Notes under the pieces: generated by a model
What the model was told of the DNA's origin: nothing
Databases searched by the model: none
The model's input: the letters and a program-made list of their open reading frames with translations, nothing else
Translations under genes and position numbers: made by a program
Shown here: positions 20,697-35,929 of the stretch, in pieces
How positions within the stretch are numbered: position 1 is the first letter of the stretch
How the letters are laid out: each line of letters begins with the position of its first letter
Assembly (NCBI RefSeq): GCF_009914755.1
Contig: NC_060930.1
Length of the DNA: 64,000 nucleotides
Reading direction: 5' to 3' (one strand)
Source: the human T2T-CHM13v2.0 reference genome, Homo sapiens

Positions 20697-20995
20697 GTTT
20701 TGTTTTTTGAAACTGAGTCTTATTCTGTGGCCCAGGCTGGAGTGCAGTGGCACAATCATGGCTCACTGCAGCCTTGATGTCCCCATGCTCAGGTGATCCT
20801 CCTGCCTCAGCCTCCCAAGTAGCTGGGACTATAGGCATGCAGCACCACACCCAGCTAATTTTTTTTAAAAAATGTTTTTGTAGAGACAGGGTTTCACCAT
20901 GTTGCCCTGGCTGGTCTCCCACTCCTGGGCTCAAGTCATCCACCTGCCTTAACCTCCCAAAGTGCTGTGATTACAGGCGTGAGCAACCTTGCCTG
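20697..20995 (-). mobile_element. AluJ
   Basis: Antisense Alu with CATGGCTCACTGCAGCCTTG; flanks GAAGGAATGTTTT / GAAGGAGTTTT. Confidence 0.92.
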
Positions 20996-22572
20996 GTGAG
21001 AAGGAGTTTTAAGTGTGTCTGCAGAAATATATATTTTTAATTTAGTAAAGTAATGCTTCAGCAATTCAAGTGTATTTCACCCTTTAAAACAAAGTTAAAC
21101 CATTTTGTTGATAAATGTGATCAGTTTTATGTATAATACATACTTATTCTCACTTGATATAGTCCTCAGTTGATTCAGCTGAAGAGTTAAAAAGCCTTTT
21201 AATTTTCTACCACTTAAAGTTTGTTTGGTCACCATTCATGTCCGTATTTAATAGAGTTAACCTATCATAATATACATCATTCTCTCTGGGGGAATCCCTG
21301 AAAATTCATTTTTACTATGAAGGTTATTATATTTATTTTATTTATTTTGCATTGCTTGCTTTTAAGAAGTAGTTGAGATGGCTTAAAAAAATATGCAACT
21401 ACAATAGTAAAGAAAAAAATCAAGCTCCCCACCCCCCACAAAAAAACCCAGGAAACAAATATGCTAGCTTAGTAGCTACATTGAGCAACAGCTTTAGCTC
21501 TGAGCTTCCTAGCCGCCAAAGTAAAAAGGGAAACAGAAACCATACCAACACTTCGAATTTAAAAAATAGATTCAGTTTTATTTTGCAACAAAAGTCTAAA
21601 ATGAGTTTATCAAAAAGGAAACATTCATTCATTTGAAAATCACTTTTTAAAATGCTTACAATGAGCCAAATTGTGTCTGAAATACTAGGAATACAATGTT
21701 AAACATTTCAAAAACGGTCTGTGCCCTCATAGACCTTAGAGTCTACTGGATGAGACAGAGGATAAACAAGTCATCAAATAAAAAATATATAAATTACAAT
21801 TATAGGAGTGTACAGGGAACTAAGAAAATAACCAGGGTCCAGGAAGACCTCCCTGAGGGGGTGACATTCTAAAAACAAGAGATAAAATGTAGTTTCTGCT
21901 TATAGATAAGATTCAGGGAGAACAGGGCCTGGAAGTATTCCTACGAAAGATCTGATTTTCAAGTGCAGAAACCCAAAGTGTGCTTGTCAGTTAATCTGCT
22001 TAGGAATGTTACAGAGGGGCAAATTGGAATATAGGCTCCAGATTTGTAATTAATATGCTTAAGTAAGAGCCCACTGAGATAGAGTCAAGGAAGGCACTTA
22101 ATGTGAGAGTGGCTATAAGTTAGTTTTACCTAAAGAGGTAGCAGAATCTGTTCCAGGAGTCCTTAAGGATACATGCCTACCTATCTGGGCTTATGTGACC
22201 TTGTCTCAACTCAAACGTTAAGAAAAATGGTCTAATTTGGGTAACTTTCAGCCTCATAATTGCCTCATACTCCTATTTAAGTAAAAGAGAGACATGTAAG
22301 TAATGCAGTTTTATGATGGAAACATAGTTTATTCAGAGTCATATTTAAAGTTTGAATAATTTAAAGACTGAAAACCCAGAAGAAAGTTATCTGAAATGTC
22401 CTTATTCTTTTCTAGTCTTCTGAGACAGAGTGGTTAGTAGAGGAGATTGCAAGAGAAGAGGCAGAAAAGGAGGAAAAATGGGAGAGGGAGAAGGGTGAGA
22501 GAGTGAGAGCCTCTGCTTAAAAGGAATATGATGTTGAAAAAAACTGACAGGCAGAAAACAAGCCTAAGTGCT

Positions 22573-22586
22573 GTTGCTATGGAAAC
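22573..22586. promoter_or_regulatory. Candidate RFX X-box motif
   Basis: GTTGCTATGGAAAC; motif match only. Confidence 0.4.
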
Positions 22587-23227
22587 ATTGTACCATCTGT
22601 GTTCTTGCCTACCCTACACCAAAGGGTTATATAACCTAGTAACCAGCTAAAAGTTAAAATGGACCTTACAGTGAAACCAGTTATTTTTATTATTTTTTAA
22701 AAGGGTGACTCTAAGTAAAAATAAAACACTGCACTACTGTTCTTTCTGTCTACCTCCAGGAGAAGCTTTCTAAGATGCAAGAACAATTTCCCTTGAGGGC
22801 ATCAAGAAATATCTGAAGTACTGCAATTGCCCTGATTTTTAATCCTCAAGAGGCTATTGTTTTTATTTGATTTATAACGAGGCAGTGTCACAGCAGTTGA
22901 TATTTGCTTTCAATTGCAATTGATTTACAATTAAACCAAAGGTAGACTAAAACACAAGGTCTGTCCTCCACAAAGACTTCTCACTTGCCAAAAATAAATC
23001 TAATTTTTCTCAAATGTAGGAGCAGGCAAAGGATGCGCCTTTCCAGTCTCCCTTGCACAGAGGTGAGAATATTCTAAACTGACATCACTCACTAGAAGTA
23101 GAGCTTTCTTGTGCAACGTCACAGGATCTGGGATAAGAATTGTGGTATCACAGCTGGCAGGAAAATCAGCCCTGAATCAGCCCACCATTGTGGCCCACAA
23201 TGATATATTAGAAATGCCAGGTCATAG

Positions 23228-23641
<414 letters not shown>

Positions 23642-24434
23642 TAGGGTCCCCTGAAAGCCAATCTAAGTCTGTATTTCCAGCCTTCACTCAGTTCTTCTTT
23701 GTAAATATCCTGCAGGCACCTCAAAATCCACATGGACAAAGGTTAATTCAACTTTCCCACATCCTATTACATGTTCTACTTTCCCTATTCCAGTTAAAAT
23801 CCAAGCTAGGAAGTTCAAAGCCACCTTCCACTTTCTCACCTCCAAACACTTTTGCCATGTAGCTTATGTGAGTTATCTCGATTTAGCTTGTTTTTTTCTC
23901 AGTTATCAGGTAAGCACCTTTCTTAAATTTGTGGTGAAGGTCAAATGAGAAAGCATGTTGGAGAATGTTCCAAACAGTGCCTTGACAGGAGCAAACGCTC
24001 AGGAAACAGTGGTGGTTTCATGATGATCCCTTGCCAGAAGACTGCATGGACTCCTAATCCATCTTCCTGGGGGCAGTACCTCCCCATTTTTTCCCCTTGG
24101 TTATTCTCTTCTCTCTTCAGGGCCCCAGTTGTGCACAGTATATAATCATTTGTCTGCAGAACTTTTCCTGTCCTTGCCTCATCATTGTGTGTTGAGTGTG
24201 TTGGGGGCAGATAACTTGTCTTTTTAGTTCACTGGTTTCCAGATGGAGAGAAGGCACATCTGAGCACACACAGAAACATGGGGAACCGCATCCCACTACA
24301 CTAGCAGCTGACTGAGATGACTAGACCCTGGACTTTGAGCAGATGCCATAATAGGATGTGCCCGTGGAGGCGGTTGATGATTAGTGCAGTTTACATGTGA
24401 GAGGAATGCGAATTATTTTAGGTAGGAGGTGGAG

Positions 24435-24880
24435 TGTACTAGATGGTTTCCAAATATGGCTGCATCAGTATCTCCAATCCCACAACTCTTTGCAAGGTGA
24501 TTTTGCCACTTGTCTCCTTAAAAGGTGGAGTCTAATTCATCTCCCCTAGAATTTGGGCTGGCTTTGTTACTTGCTTTGACCAATAAAATACGGCAGGTCT
24601 TATGGCTTCTGCTTAAAGTTTTTAAAGTTCTGTTTTCACACTCTTGAAATGCTCCCTCTAAGAATTCTGCCTTGAGACTGCCATACTGTAAGAAAGCCCA
24701 AGCTGGCTATGCGGAGTAACCACATGCTATAAGATCAATATGCTGTGGTTGACAGCTCCGGGTGAGCCCAGCCTGCAGCCCATCTGCTCTAGGGGTGTAG
24801 CCACATGAATGATGTCAGAAGAGATCACAGAAGAACCACCCAGGCAACCCACACAATTGTGAGGAAAAAAAATTATTGAA
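24435..24880 (+). mobile_element. MaLR LTR (MLT1H-like), probably preceded by MLT1 internal sequence from ~24060
   Basis: GGTGGAGTCTAATTCATCTCCCCTAGAATTTGGGCTGGC...GACCAATAAAAT...AGAAAGCCCAAGCT. Confidence 0.65.
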
Positions 24881-27103
24881 CTATTAATCATGTAAATGAA
24901 TACCTTCATAATCCAGTTTTATTTCAGTTTAGTTTCCCACTCCCTGTTCTTGAAGTTGCTTCAGGAACTATTTAGACAAAGATTAAGAAGATCATAACTT
25001 TCTTCACAGAGTATTATCCAAAACCACCTTGAATTTTTAAAGTTGTGGTAAATCTGTAGTCTTTACAGTACATTTTTAAATCTGGAGAATGAATTCAATG
25101 AATGCCTAATTTCAAATTTTAAGTGCCAATATGAAATCTGTAGCATGGGAATTCAAGAAGTTGGACAAACATTTTTATTATCAATTGACTGCTAGTGCAG
25201 TATTCAACACATGAAAGTCAAAATGTGAGTTTTGCAAAGAAAACTTTGAACATGTGCTGTTAATCTAGTCAGTTTGATTAAACACATTCAAAAGAGAAAT
25301 TATCCCTGCTGAGTATATCAGGAAACAAACACAAGCGACTGAAGGCATTATGGTAGAGTTAGTTACCAGGAAGCAAATTTTGTCTGGAAATATAACACTC
25401 TTAGTAGAAATTTTTACTTTGCTCATTTCTTTCTGAGCATTCAACTGTCAACTTAATTATATTTTAATTTCCAATGAAAATAATCCAGAGGTTTCTAATT
25501 TAAAATAATAATATAATGAAATTTTATAGTACTAGTAGATTGGTCATCTAAACGTGGCTCTGCAAGTTGGGAAACTGACACTTAGGGGCAAAAAGGCTCT
25601 TTCCAGAGATGGGACATGGCCAGATGGAGTGGCTGACTAAGGAAGCACTCCCAAGCCACCTGGCACCCTGTTGATCTCTGGTGGGAATTGCAAGGCATCC
25701 AGCAAGAAAGGACTAGTTGGCCCTGCTTAGCCTCTGTGAATGCCTGAAGTCTTAGGGCAATACTTACATGAGATTTTTAGGTTTGGGGTGGTGGGACATG
25801 CATGACTAACTCTTCTTAGTCATAAACACACCTATAGCTACCTTCTTTTGTATTCTTATGTCTCTGAAAAATGTATTTTCTCCATATTGAGAGTTAGATA
25901 CCCTTCCTGGAAGAATTTAGATTCTTCAACTATGCTTACATTAAATTTCTCGTACTATGGTGAACACTGCTGGGTAGTACAACTGGGACTAACACAGGTA
26001 CCTCACAGAAAAACTGTTGGGCCCTTGGTGCCTGGCTGGCTGGCTGGCACACCCTTTAGAAGCCACGTGCTTTTTGGTTAAAATGTCACAGGTTACTGTG
26101 TCAAGGAAATTTGATCTTTGACGTTTTAGAAATCAAAAACCCACATTCCTACTTGATACAGTAATTTTTGTCATGTAAACTCAGGATAATTTCCTTTTTC
26201 TGGTGAGTTTATGTAAATTAACAATTTTTGTGATTTATTTATACATTAAGATCTGGATGGAAAGTCCTGCTAATAATATACATTGTATGAGTAATGCTAT
26301 TACCTACCAGTGCATTCTTGCTTTCTTTCTTTTTTTTTTAGAAAACAATTTCAGCTTTAGACATTCATTATTTTCAAAATTAAACTTTGGGCTCCAGTTT
26401 TGAGATAGACATAAATATTTTTCCCCTGGTTGTTTAAAAGGAAAACATACTTTGCTTCTTTATTAGAATAGAAACACTCCTCCCAGTACATTTTTAGAAT
26501 CCTTCAGACTTTTAAAGGGATGTTGCTGCTGACTTTGCTACCAGAACCCCATTTGCCTTTTCCCCCAGCAATAGTTTTATGAGAATATAAATAACCTGTT
26601 TCACAACGTTCCGTTTCTCACATAAGCCTTGTTTGGTTCCGAGGTCATTGTGATTTCAGTGGTTGTAGTTTGGTTCAGCTGGTCCTACAATTTTCTGCAG
26701 TTTGGAGCTTCCTATCTCCCACTGATTCCCTGTAGCTTCAAAACCACAGCCTTGCAATAGAGAATGAACAAATAAGAAAACTAGAAGTCTAGTGGCCAGA
26801 TCCAGGGATGGAAAGCAGAGCCCTGGACTATTACACTCAAAATGCACAGCTGGGGAAACCACACATGCTGAGCTCCCAGTGTACCAGGCAGAAGGCAGAA
26901 TTCTGGGCTCTTATTGCTTCCTTTTCTTCTACTTTCATTATCACCATCTCCCTCCCTTCTTTTAACCTACAGTCCTATTGCGTACTTACCCCATAGATCT
27001 ATGGCATTGTTAGATGTTCCAGCCTTTCTTCAATTCTTCCCTTCCGTGCTGCCCCATCCTAATCCTATGGGGACTGCTGTACCCACTGCAGATGCACTGC
27101 CCC

Positions 27104-27767
27104 TGTATTAGTCTGTTCTCGTGTTGCTATAACTACTTGAGACTGGGTAATTTATAAAGAAAAGAGGCCAGGCACGGTGGCTCACGCCTGTAATCCCAGA
27201 ACTTTGGGAGGCTGAGGCAGGCAGATCACCTGAGGTCAGGAGTTCAAGACCAGCCTGGCCAACATGGTGAAACCCCGCCTCTACTAAAAATACAAAAATT
27301 AGTCGGGCGTGGTGGCAGGCATCTGTAATCCCAGCTACTCCACAGGCTGAGGCAGGAGAATTGCTTGAACCCCAGGAGACAGAGGTTACAGTGAGCCGAG
27401 ATCGCACCATTGCACTCCAGCCTGGAAGACAGAGCGAGACTCCATCTCAAAAAAAAGAAAAAGAAAAGAGGTTTAATCAGCTCATGTTTCCTCAGGCTGT
27501 ACAGGAAGCATGGCTGGTGAGGCCTCAGGAAACTCACAATCATGGAGGAAGGTGAAGGGGAAGCAGGCACGTCTTACATGGCAGGAACAGGAGGAAGAGA
27601 GCTAAGGGGAAAGTGCTACACTTTTAAACAGGTCTCGTGAGAACTCACTCACTATCACGAAAACAGCAAGGGGGTAGTCAGCCCCCATGATCCAATCACC
27701 TCCTCTAACACTGAGGATTACAATTTAACATGAGACTTGCGTGGGGATACAGAGCTAAACCATATCA
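27104..27767 (-). mobile_element. THE1D/MSTA-like MaLR solo LTR, split by an Alu
   Basis: TGTATTAGTCTGTTCTC...GAGACTGGGTAATTTATAAAG...AAACCATATCA; 5-bp TSD GCCCC / GCACC. Confidence 0.88.
27166..27460 (+). mobile_element. AluSx-like inside the LTR
   Basis: Full dimer; TSD AAAGAAAAGAGG. Confidence 0.95.
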
Positions 27768-30700
27768 GCACCCTCCAGTGTTTCTTCAATTGGGAGGAAG
27801 AGAAGTAGCAGGAGAGGCCTCCCTGGCTTCCTAGAGGGACAGTCCCCAACAGCACCTGGACCAAGATGTACCAGGATCATCCCTCCAGTACAACTTGCTC
27901 CTTTAATCTAGATTCCTGTCTAATTGTTCATATATGAAAGTGTTATTTTCCACAGTGTAGATTCAGCATTAGCTTTCTGTAGACAAGAAACGTGTTTAAC
28001 TCACTGTGTCGTACAAAGGGCTTGGCACATGGTAACTGTTTCAAGAAGTTCTGACTTAATAGGATGCAGAACTTCCTCCAAAAAGATTACAGTTCAACTG
28101 AGGGCAGTAACATGAGGCATTATAGTTTTATAAAGATTCCTAGAATGCCTCAGCAGTTATTATTCAGAGGCAAAAGTGACAAATAAAATTTTTGTTGCAT
28201 GTTTTTCAGACTTCAACCCAGGAAGCTGGCTTCTCACCCTGCCTATAGGTGAGAACCCCCTGGAATGTTTTCTGAAACTACACATGTCCCACCTGCTTCA
28301 TTCCCCTTACCACCAATTTTGATTCATTAGATATAGGACACAGTTCGAAACTAGGCAATGAAGTTGCCTAAGTGATTGTCTCATGCCTAGCAAGAGTACA
28401 CTGGGTACACTGCCCCCACAGAATGCTGAAATGCAGAGCCCTATACTAACAATGTGGCAAAACTAGTCCTTCCACACCCTGCAAAATTGCTGGGGAGGCT
28501 GTGGGTGTAGCACTCTATGGTCTTAACACATTGCCTCACAGCAGAACTGGAACCAGGCAGGATGGAGATTCAAGTTGATCATTTACACTAAACATACATT
28601 GACTGTTGGTGTTAGAGGTGCCTCCTCATTGGTAAGCAACAGAATTTTCCCTTGTGTGATAAGCTCCTTTTACATGCATGACATTGGACACTGAGGTATG
28701 TATTTGAGGCTGGTGTGCTGATAGTCAAAGTCATTAGGTATCATTGGCTGCAAAATGAAATTTTCTTAAGAGGAAAATGTATGTAAAGGGAAGGAAGAAC
28801 GTACTATTTGAAAGATCTATGTTTGACTGTCTATTAGGCAAACATCCAGATGAGTTTGACTGGAAAAGGAGGAATGGTCATGCCTGATGCTGGCTTTGAT
28901 CCAAGAATGTATCCTATCTTTCCAGACTCAGGGTCCTGACCTGCACCAGCCCTGCCCTCTCCCCTGCTGACAGGGGACTCTCTCAATTAGAGAAGTGTCT
29001 TTCTTTCGTTCCTCAGCTCCTCATGTGTCTGTCTGGCCTCATCCATCCCCAGCCCTACAGCATGGGTAAGTCAACAGAACTATCCGAGTTCTGTTGAGCT
29101 CAGACAGTTCTGAGTTCAAAAGAACTACTGCCATAGTTCTTTGGCAGTGGCAATTATTATTCGTTCATACACAGTAGATACAATAGCCATACTGATCCAA
29201 GCAATACATAGCTATATTCCCATTAGCTGTCAGGATTCCAAAACACCAAATCAGTCCTGTCTCAGCCTGGTCACCTTTATTATAAAGACAGTCATATTTT
29301 TAACTAATGAAGGAAATAGGCTTGTGAACACACAGTTAGATGAGGCTGGCTAACAGCCATTGCATTTAACTGACCAAAGAAGGCAGGCCATTCAAATCTC
29401 ATTTTTCATGTATCCTAACAAATAGATTTATTATGGCATTTTTGCATATGGAAGGCATATTTCTAATGTCAAATTGAAAAATTTTAGAAATATCATTCTT
29501 CAACCTGTTATAGTTTTAGAGATATGCTGCTTGAGATAATGCCTGCTTTTCCACACACTGAGTTTACATTCGCTCCTTCAAATATTGCAAGACATTTTGC
29601 TGACATTTTTATCTGGAGAAAAGGAAGGCACACTATTACTATCCTATTTGATAGTGGTGAAAGATTCCAAAAAGGCAAATTGGGAGAATGAAATAGAAAT
29701 TAGATGGAGGCCTCAAGTCTGTGGCTGCCACTAATTAGTCATATAACCTTGCATAGTCTCTTAACTCATTGAGCTCACTTTTCTCAGTCATACTTTTCTT
29801 TTCATTCAACATAATTTTTGGAATTATGTGCCATTGTTTAGAGTCAAAAGAGTCTCATAAATAAATTGCTTCAGGACTTCATGCTTTTGGCTTGGAAAGG
29901 TAGAGAGGTCTCATACCCTTGAAGCCAAAAGGAAGCTGCACCTGTGCCTGCCTTACGCACAACAGGGCCTGCTCTTATCTTCATAAATGCTCACAGCAGT
30001 TCATAAGTCACTAACATGATGAATATGGTCCTTTGTTATAGAAACAGATGTTTCTCATTATTCTTATTAGCTGCATTAAAATAAATCACCCTAGGGTTCA
30101 GTGAGGATCAAATCAAAAGGCTTGGACTTCACTTCATGGGAGACAAGTCACTCCAAAAGTAATTCAGACTGGTAGTTTCGACATTCACATTTAGGATCAA
30201 GTTTTACCTGATGCTCCTGATCTGGCTCCTCCCCTCTTGCCTCAGGGCAGGCTGAACATTTTTCTTAGTAACTGTGGTCAGTCCCATAACTTACATTGAA
30301 CGTCCTGGCTGCACAGTCCCCATCCTTGTCCTTCCTGTTGCATATCATCTGACAGATAAAAGCCCTGGGTTTGGGAGATAGAGACCTGGCCATATATGGC
30401 ACATAGTAGGAACTCAAGACAAAATTGATTCATTGAATTGAGTCTGTATTCTAGTCTTGGATTTGGTGTGTGGTTTTGGGGAGGCGAGGGTCTAAACCTA
30501 AGTTTTCCCACATGTAAAAGTAAGAAAGTTAGACTTTGTCATTTTGACTATCCCTTTTGGCTCTAAAATTCTATGATTTTATTATTTTTATATATCAGCT
30601 TTACCCTAAACTTGGATCCATAGTCTAATCTTCCTTTGTGGGACCCAGTATACTCTGAACTCCTCCACAAAAGTGAAACTCTCTGAGTTTTGTTGTCATC

Positions 30701-30908
30701 ATTTATAAAGATGTACAACAATATATAGGGCTGTTTTGTGGCTTAAATGAAATAAGAATGTAGGTGCCTAGCAATATTCCTGACACAAAGAAGGTACCCA
30801 AAAAATGATAATTGTTGCTATTTTTGTTATTAATGACAGGTTTTCCTCTACAATTTTAGCTAATGAAGGTTAAATCAATTGATCTTAAGTTAACTACAGT
30901 ATATAACT

Positions 30909-31213
30909 TTTTTTTTTTTTTTTTTTGAGACGGAGTCTCACTCTGTCACCCAGGCTGGAGTGCAATGGCGCAATCTCAGCTCACTGCAGCAACCTCCACC
31001 TCCTGGGTTCAAGCAGTTCTCCCTCCCTCAGCCTCCTGAGTAGCTGGGATTACAGGAGTCTGCCACCATGCCCAGCTAATTTCTGTGTTTTTTAGTAGAG
31101 GCGGGGTTTCGCCATGTTGGCCAGGCTGGTCTTGCACTCCTGACCTCAAGTGATCTGCCCACCTCGGCCTCCCAAAGTGCTGGGATTACAGGCGTGAGCC
31201 ACCACGCCTGGCC
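30909..31213 (-). mobile_element. AluSz/Sx-like
   Basis: TSD CTACAGTATATAACTT / CTACAGTATACAACTT. Confidence 0.95.
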
Positions 31214-31264
31214 CTACAGTATACAACTTAAGTCTCTCATTTGAAAATTTTCAGTCATAGACTC

Positions 31265-31470
31265 CAGTGTTGGGCAAATCCAGATTCCAGTAACAACTCA
31301 GCCATTTACTAGCTGCGTTACCTTGGATGGGTCACTTAACCACTTAGAACCTCAGTCTTGTTATCTGTAAAACAGGCAACATTATGCCTCTCTTGCTGGT
31401 TTTCTATGAGGATTAATTATATGTAAAGAGCCTGGTATAGGAATGGCTTGATAAATACCAGCTATAATGG
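31265..31470 (+). mobile_element. MIR
   Basis: CCATTTACTAGCTGCGTTACCTTGGATGGGTCACTTAACCACTTAGAACCTCAGT core. Confidence 0.75.
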
Positions 31471-31520
31471 CAAGTCTGTGATGTTAGACAAGGCTGGACC
31501 CAGACTTTTAAAACTTCACT

Positions 31521-31827
<307 letters not shown>

Positions 31828-33111
31828 CCTCACCATCCATGGGAGAGAACAAACATGTGCAATGTATTAAATTCTATTCTCCCAATTATACCCTACAGTG
31901 ATTTCTGCCAGCATTCCCCATGATGGTTTTATTTTCCCTACCTCACCTTTATCTGGGAACTTCCAGATTATTATCATGGATCTAACAATAAGTGGGTAAG
32001 AAAATTTTAGCGGATTCCAAAGGTAAGAATAGTTAAGGCTACCTACTTTCTGATACAGTGCTGCTAAAATACAAACCTGGAGCATCTGTGCAATCCGAAC
32101 CAGTGAATAATACAAAAATCATTTTGATTTGACTTTGAAATGAAGCTTGGGGTGTTTTGGCAACAATCTTCCTCTCTAATTAAGTTCTGCCTAGGATAAA
32201 ATCAATTCCCATTTCCTGAGCTCACATCAACTGAAAGCAGAAAGAGGCTGCTCAAAAACCTACTTGGTTTCAGAGAAGCCCACTTTGCTCAGTGTTTAGT
32301 ATTTGCCACAAAAATCCTTCAGCTATCCACAAAATGCACAGAACCAGACTATGTCTACTGATTAAGTGGGATGTGCACAGAATATTGATTTAATGAATTC
32401 AGCAGGCACTGCCCAATCTCATTCACATGCATCTGTATCCTTCCTGGCCACATAAAGGTCAGGGAGCAGCTCTCAGAGACACTCGACTGCTGACCCTGCC
32501 ATCACCAGCTTGTGGAAGGAGGCTTTCCCCAGGGGCCCTTGGGTTGTCCACTGTGGAATGCCAGTCTTCCTGGGACCTTCATTCCCTGAGGATAGGTGTG
32601 GGACATCTCTACAGGCTGGTTAGACCCAAAGACAAGCAACATTCTGTTTAGATCACAGCTGATAAACGATTTGACCAGGCTGTGCTTTTGAGAATCAGAA
32701 ATGAAAAGAATCTGCAGCTCAAAAGGAGAGAAGTTTTGAAGGGCATCTCTTCATTCTTATTCAAGCATCAAAACCTGCATCAAAATCCAACTGTTCAAGT
32801 GCCTGAAGCAGGCCTTTGTGCCTAAAATGTCTGAAATAGGAAAGTCATGACCAAGTGAAGAAAGAGCTACATTTATTTGAGTGAAACAGATTCACTTCTG
32901 AATATTATAGGTTATAGTATGCACTATATTAGTCCATAGTTTCTGGGTACATTTTAGGGAAATGAGTAGAGTTATACCCTTTCTCAATACCTGATAGTAT
33001 TCATACTCTAGAGATAAGGCTTTTGTATAAACTTTAGAAACAATGTTTGTGTGAACTTTGGAAACCCTACCTGTCAGATAATTCGACTTCAGTTACTCCT
33101 GAAAAGGAACT

Positions 33112-33409
33112 CTTTTTTTTTCTTTTTTTTGAGACAGAGTTTCACTTTGTTGCCAAGGCTGGAGTGCAGTGCATTCGGCTCACTGCAACCTCCATCTCCT
33201 GTGTCAAAGCAATTCTCCCTGCCTCAGCCTCCTGAGTAGCTGGGATTACAGGTGCCCGCCACCATGCCTGGCTAATTTTTGTATTTTTTAGCAGAGATGG
33301 GGTTTCACCATGTTGGCCAGGCTGGTCTTGAACTCTTGAACTCAGGTGATCCGCCTGCCCAGGCCTCCCAAAGTGCCAGGATTACAGGTGTGAGCCACCA
33401 TGCCCGGCC
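33112..33409 (-). mobile_element. AluSx-like
   Basis: Antisense Alu; flanks TGAAAAGGAAC / TGAAAAGCAAC. Confidence 0.93.
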
Positions 33410-33532
33410 TGAAAAGCAACATTTTTTGACCTGATTCTTTTAAAGACATTCCGTATTTTCCCTGAAGGAAGGTGAGTTTGGGGCATTAAGTGGTGTGCAG
33501 CAGGGGCGGCTTTGACCTGAGTTTCTGGCCCC

Positions 33533-33601
33533 AGTCCCAGAGCACCTGCCAGTCCCTGTAGTGAGAGAGTCCCAGAGCCCCTACAGTCCCTGTAGTGAGA
33601 G
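33533..33601. repeat. Imperfect 2 x ~35 bp tandem duplication
   Basis: AGTCCCAGAGCACCTGCCAGTCCCTGTAGTGAGAG then AGTCCCAGAGCCCCTACAGTCCCTGTAGTGAGAG. Confidence 0.85.
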
Positions 33602-35251
33602 AGGAGGAGCGCCCCCGCCGTACTGTGTATTGAGCAGATATTCTTTGCATAGTATTGTGGCTGAGTGATAGTCTGAACCATTAGCTTATGTTTTTTTCCA
33701 AAACGTTTTCTGTTCTCTACCACTGCCCACTTCTCATTCTCGTTTCACTGCCTCAGGAGAGACCCAGGGCATGATGGGTAGCAGAAGAGTTTTTAGATTC
33801 TCCTGGGTTTGGTTGTCCAAGAACCAAACCCATGGAAGTGGACACAGTTTGAGGAAGAGGCAGAGGCCTGGGGGACACGAGAAGGAGAGCAAGCCTCCCT
33901 CTGGATTACAAAAGGGATTTCCCCAGGGCACTGTCCAGGAGGAGAGAGTACACTGCGGACCCTGCTGGGATCTGTACAGAACTGGGCCCTGCTCTGAGGA
34001 GGGTCTAGACTTCAGACTTTAGCTGCAGGGTGCTCCTAAGGAGGACACCCTTGGGCCTTGAGTACACAGCTTGGGAGGCAGACATGACAGATGTAGAATC
34101 ATTAGACTGCCCCGATGTGGTGCTGCCACAGTATTATAGGCTAAATGTGTCCTCCCAAATTCCTATGTTGAAGCCCTCACCCCTAATTGCTAGTATTGGC
34201 GTAGAAAAGCCTCTGATTCAAGCTGAGACAAACCCTGAGTCAGGCTTGTTGGTGGGAAAAGGTATATGTTTTGTGGGTCACGGAGGCCAGTGGCCACAGG
34301 AGAGGAAAGGGGTAGTTTCAGAAAGGACTGAGACTGAAACCCAGGACAGACAGCAGCCAGGTACACAGAGAAGAGGAGGGCCAAAAGCCACTTTCTGATT
34401 TGGTGAGACTCTGGGAGTAGAAACAGAAAGAGCTGTGGAATTGGCCCAAGGCGACCTAGAAGTTTACTCCCTTAGAGGGGGTTCTGCTGTAGATAAGCAC
34501 TTCTGAGTTCCCTCTCAGGGCTCAGCTTATAGGTTGCCTGCATAAGCGACTGATAAGGCACTAAGCAGAGGAAGCCAGAGGACTCACTGTCAACATCCTG
34601 CAGTGGACAATGCCTTTGACACCAGCACTCACACAGTCTTGGATTGATTGGTTGGAAGCATCCCACTGCTTGGGAGGCCATAAGGCCCCTGGGTTATTTT
34701 AAGTTTGGGAGACTCACAAAAGATCACACTTCTGAGAGTGGGAGGGCTCAAAAGGAGATTCTGTTTCAGCCAGTCAGTGAGTTGGGCTGGATTACACCAT
34801 AAGTTTACAGCCTTGACTGAACTTCCAGGCTGATATTGTTCGAAAAAAATAACAAAAGTTCAGCTGGACCATTGTCACCACAGTGATTTCTGTGCAGCCT
34901 CTTCTGCGCAGGGTAATTCCATAGCCTGATGCACCTTACTGGTTAATAAACATGCAAGCTTTGGAGGGGCACCCAGAAGCAAATGTGGTTCTACACCTTT
35001 ACAAGATAAAGCACTTACTAGACAAACCTCTCTAAGCCTCAGCATTCTCATCTATAAAAGGGGAATACCTCCCTCATAGAGTTGCTATAATGATTAATTT
35101 CATCACACCTATAAAATGCCTAGCGTACTACTTGATAGGTATTAAATACTCCACAAATTATTGTTTTTACTTTAAGGGTCTTTGGTTCTTTCTGTATGTG
35201 AGTTGTAGCACACAATAAACTATACCCATCTAAATGCCAAATAATTTCTAG

Positions 35252-35635
<384 letters not shown>

Positions 35636-35929
35636 TAAGAGTCTTATTTTGTAATAATGTGGGCTGAAGTCACCTTCTTCTGTTGTGTTTGGGAGGCAGT
35701 GAGGCCTTGAACAGCTATTAATGACACTTCCTCAGCAGAGTGGCACAGCATGCTCACACCAAATGGCAGGGCAAGAACACCCACAAGAAGAAATAGGAAC
35801 CCATTTGCATTATAATCCTGCATGTGGCATTTTTAATACGTGCCCATATGAGGTGGATGTTGAAAGGGGTGACTGTAGGAAAGGCAGAAAAATAAAGGGA
35901 GGTGAGGATCTGGAGGCAGGAGTAATAAG

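Noticed and set aside
33608-33625. CTCF site (reverse complement ...GGGGGCGCT)
   Set aside because: Only the 3' half matches; the CCASYA half is absent.
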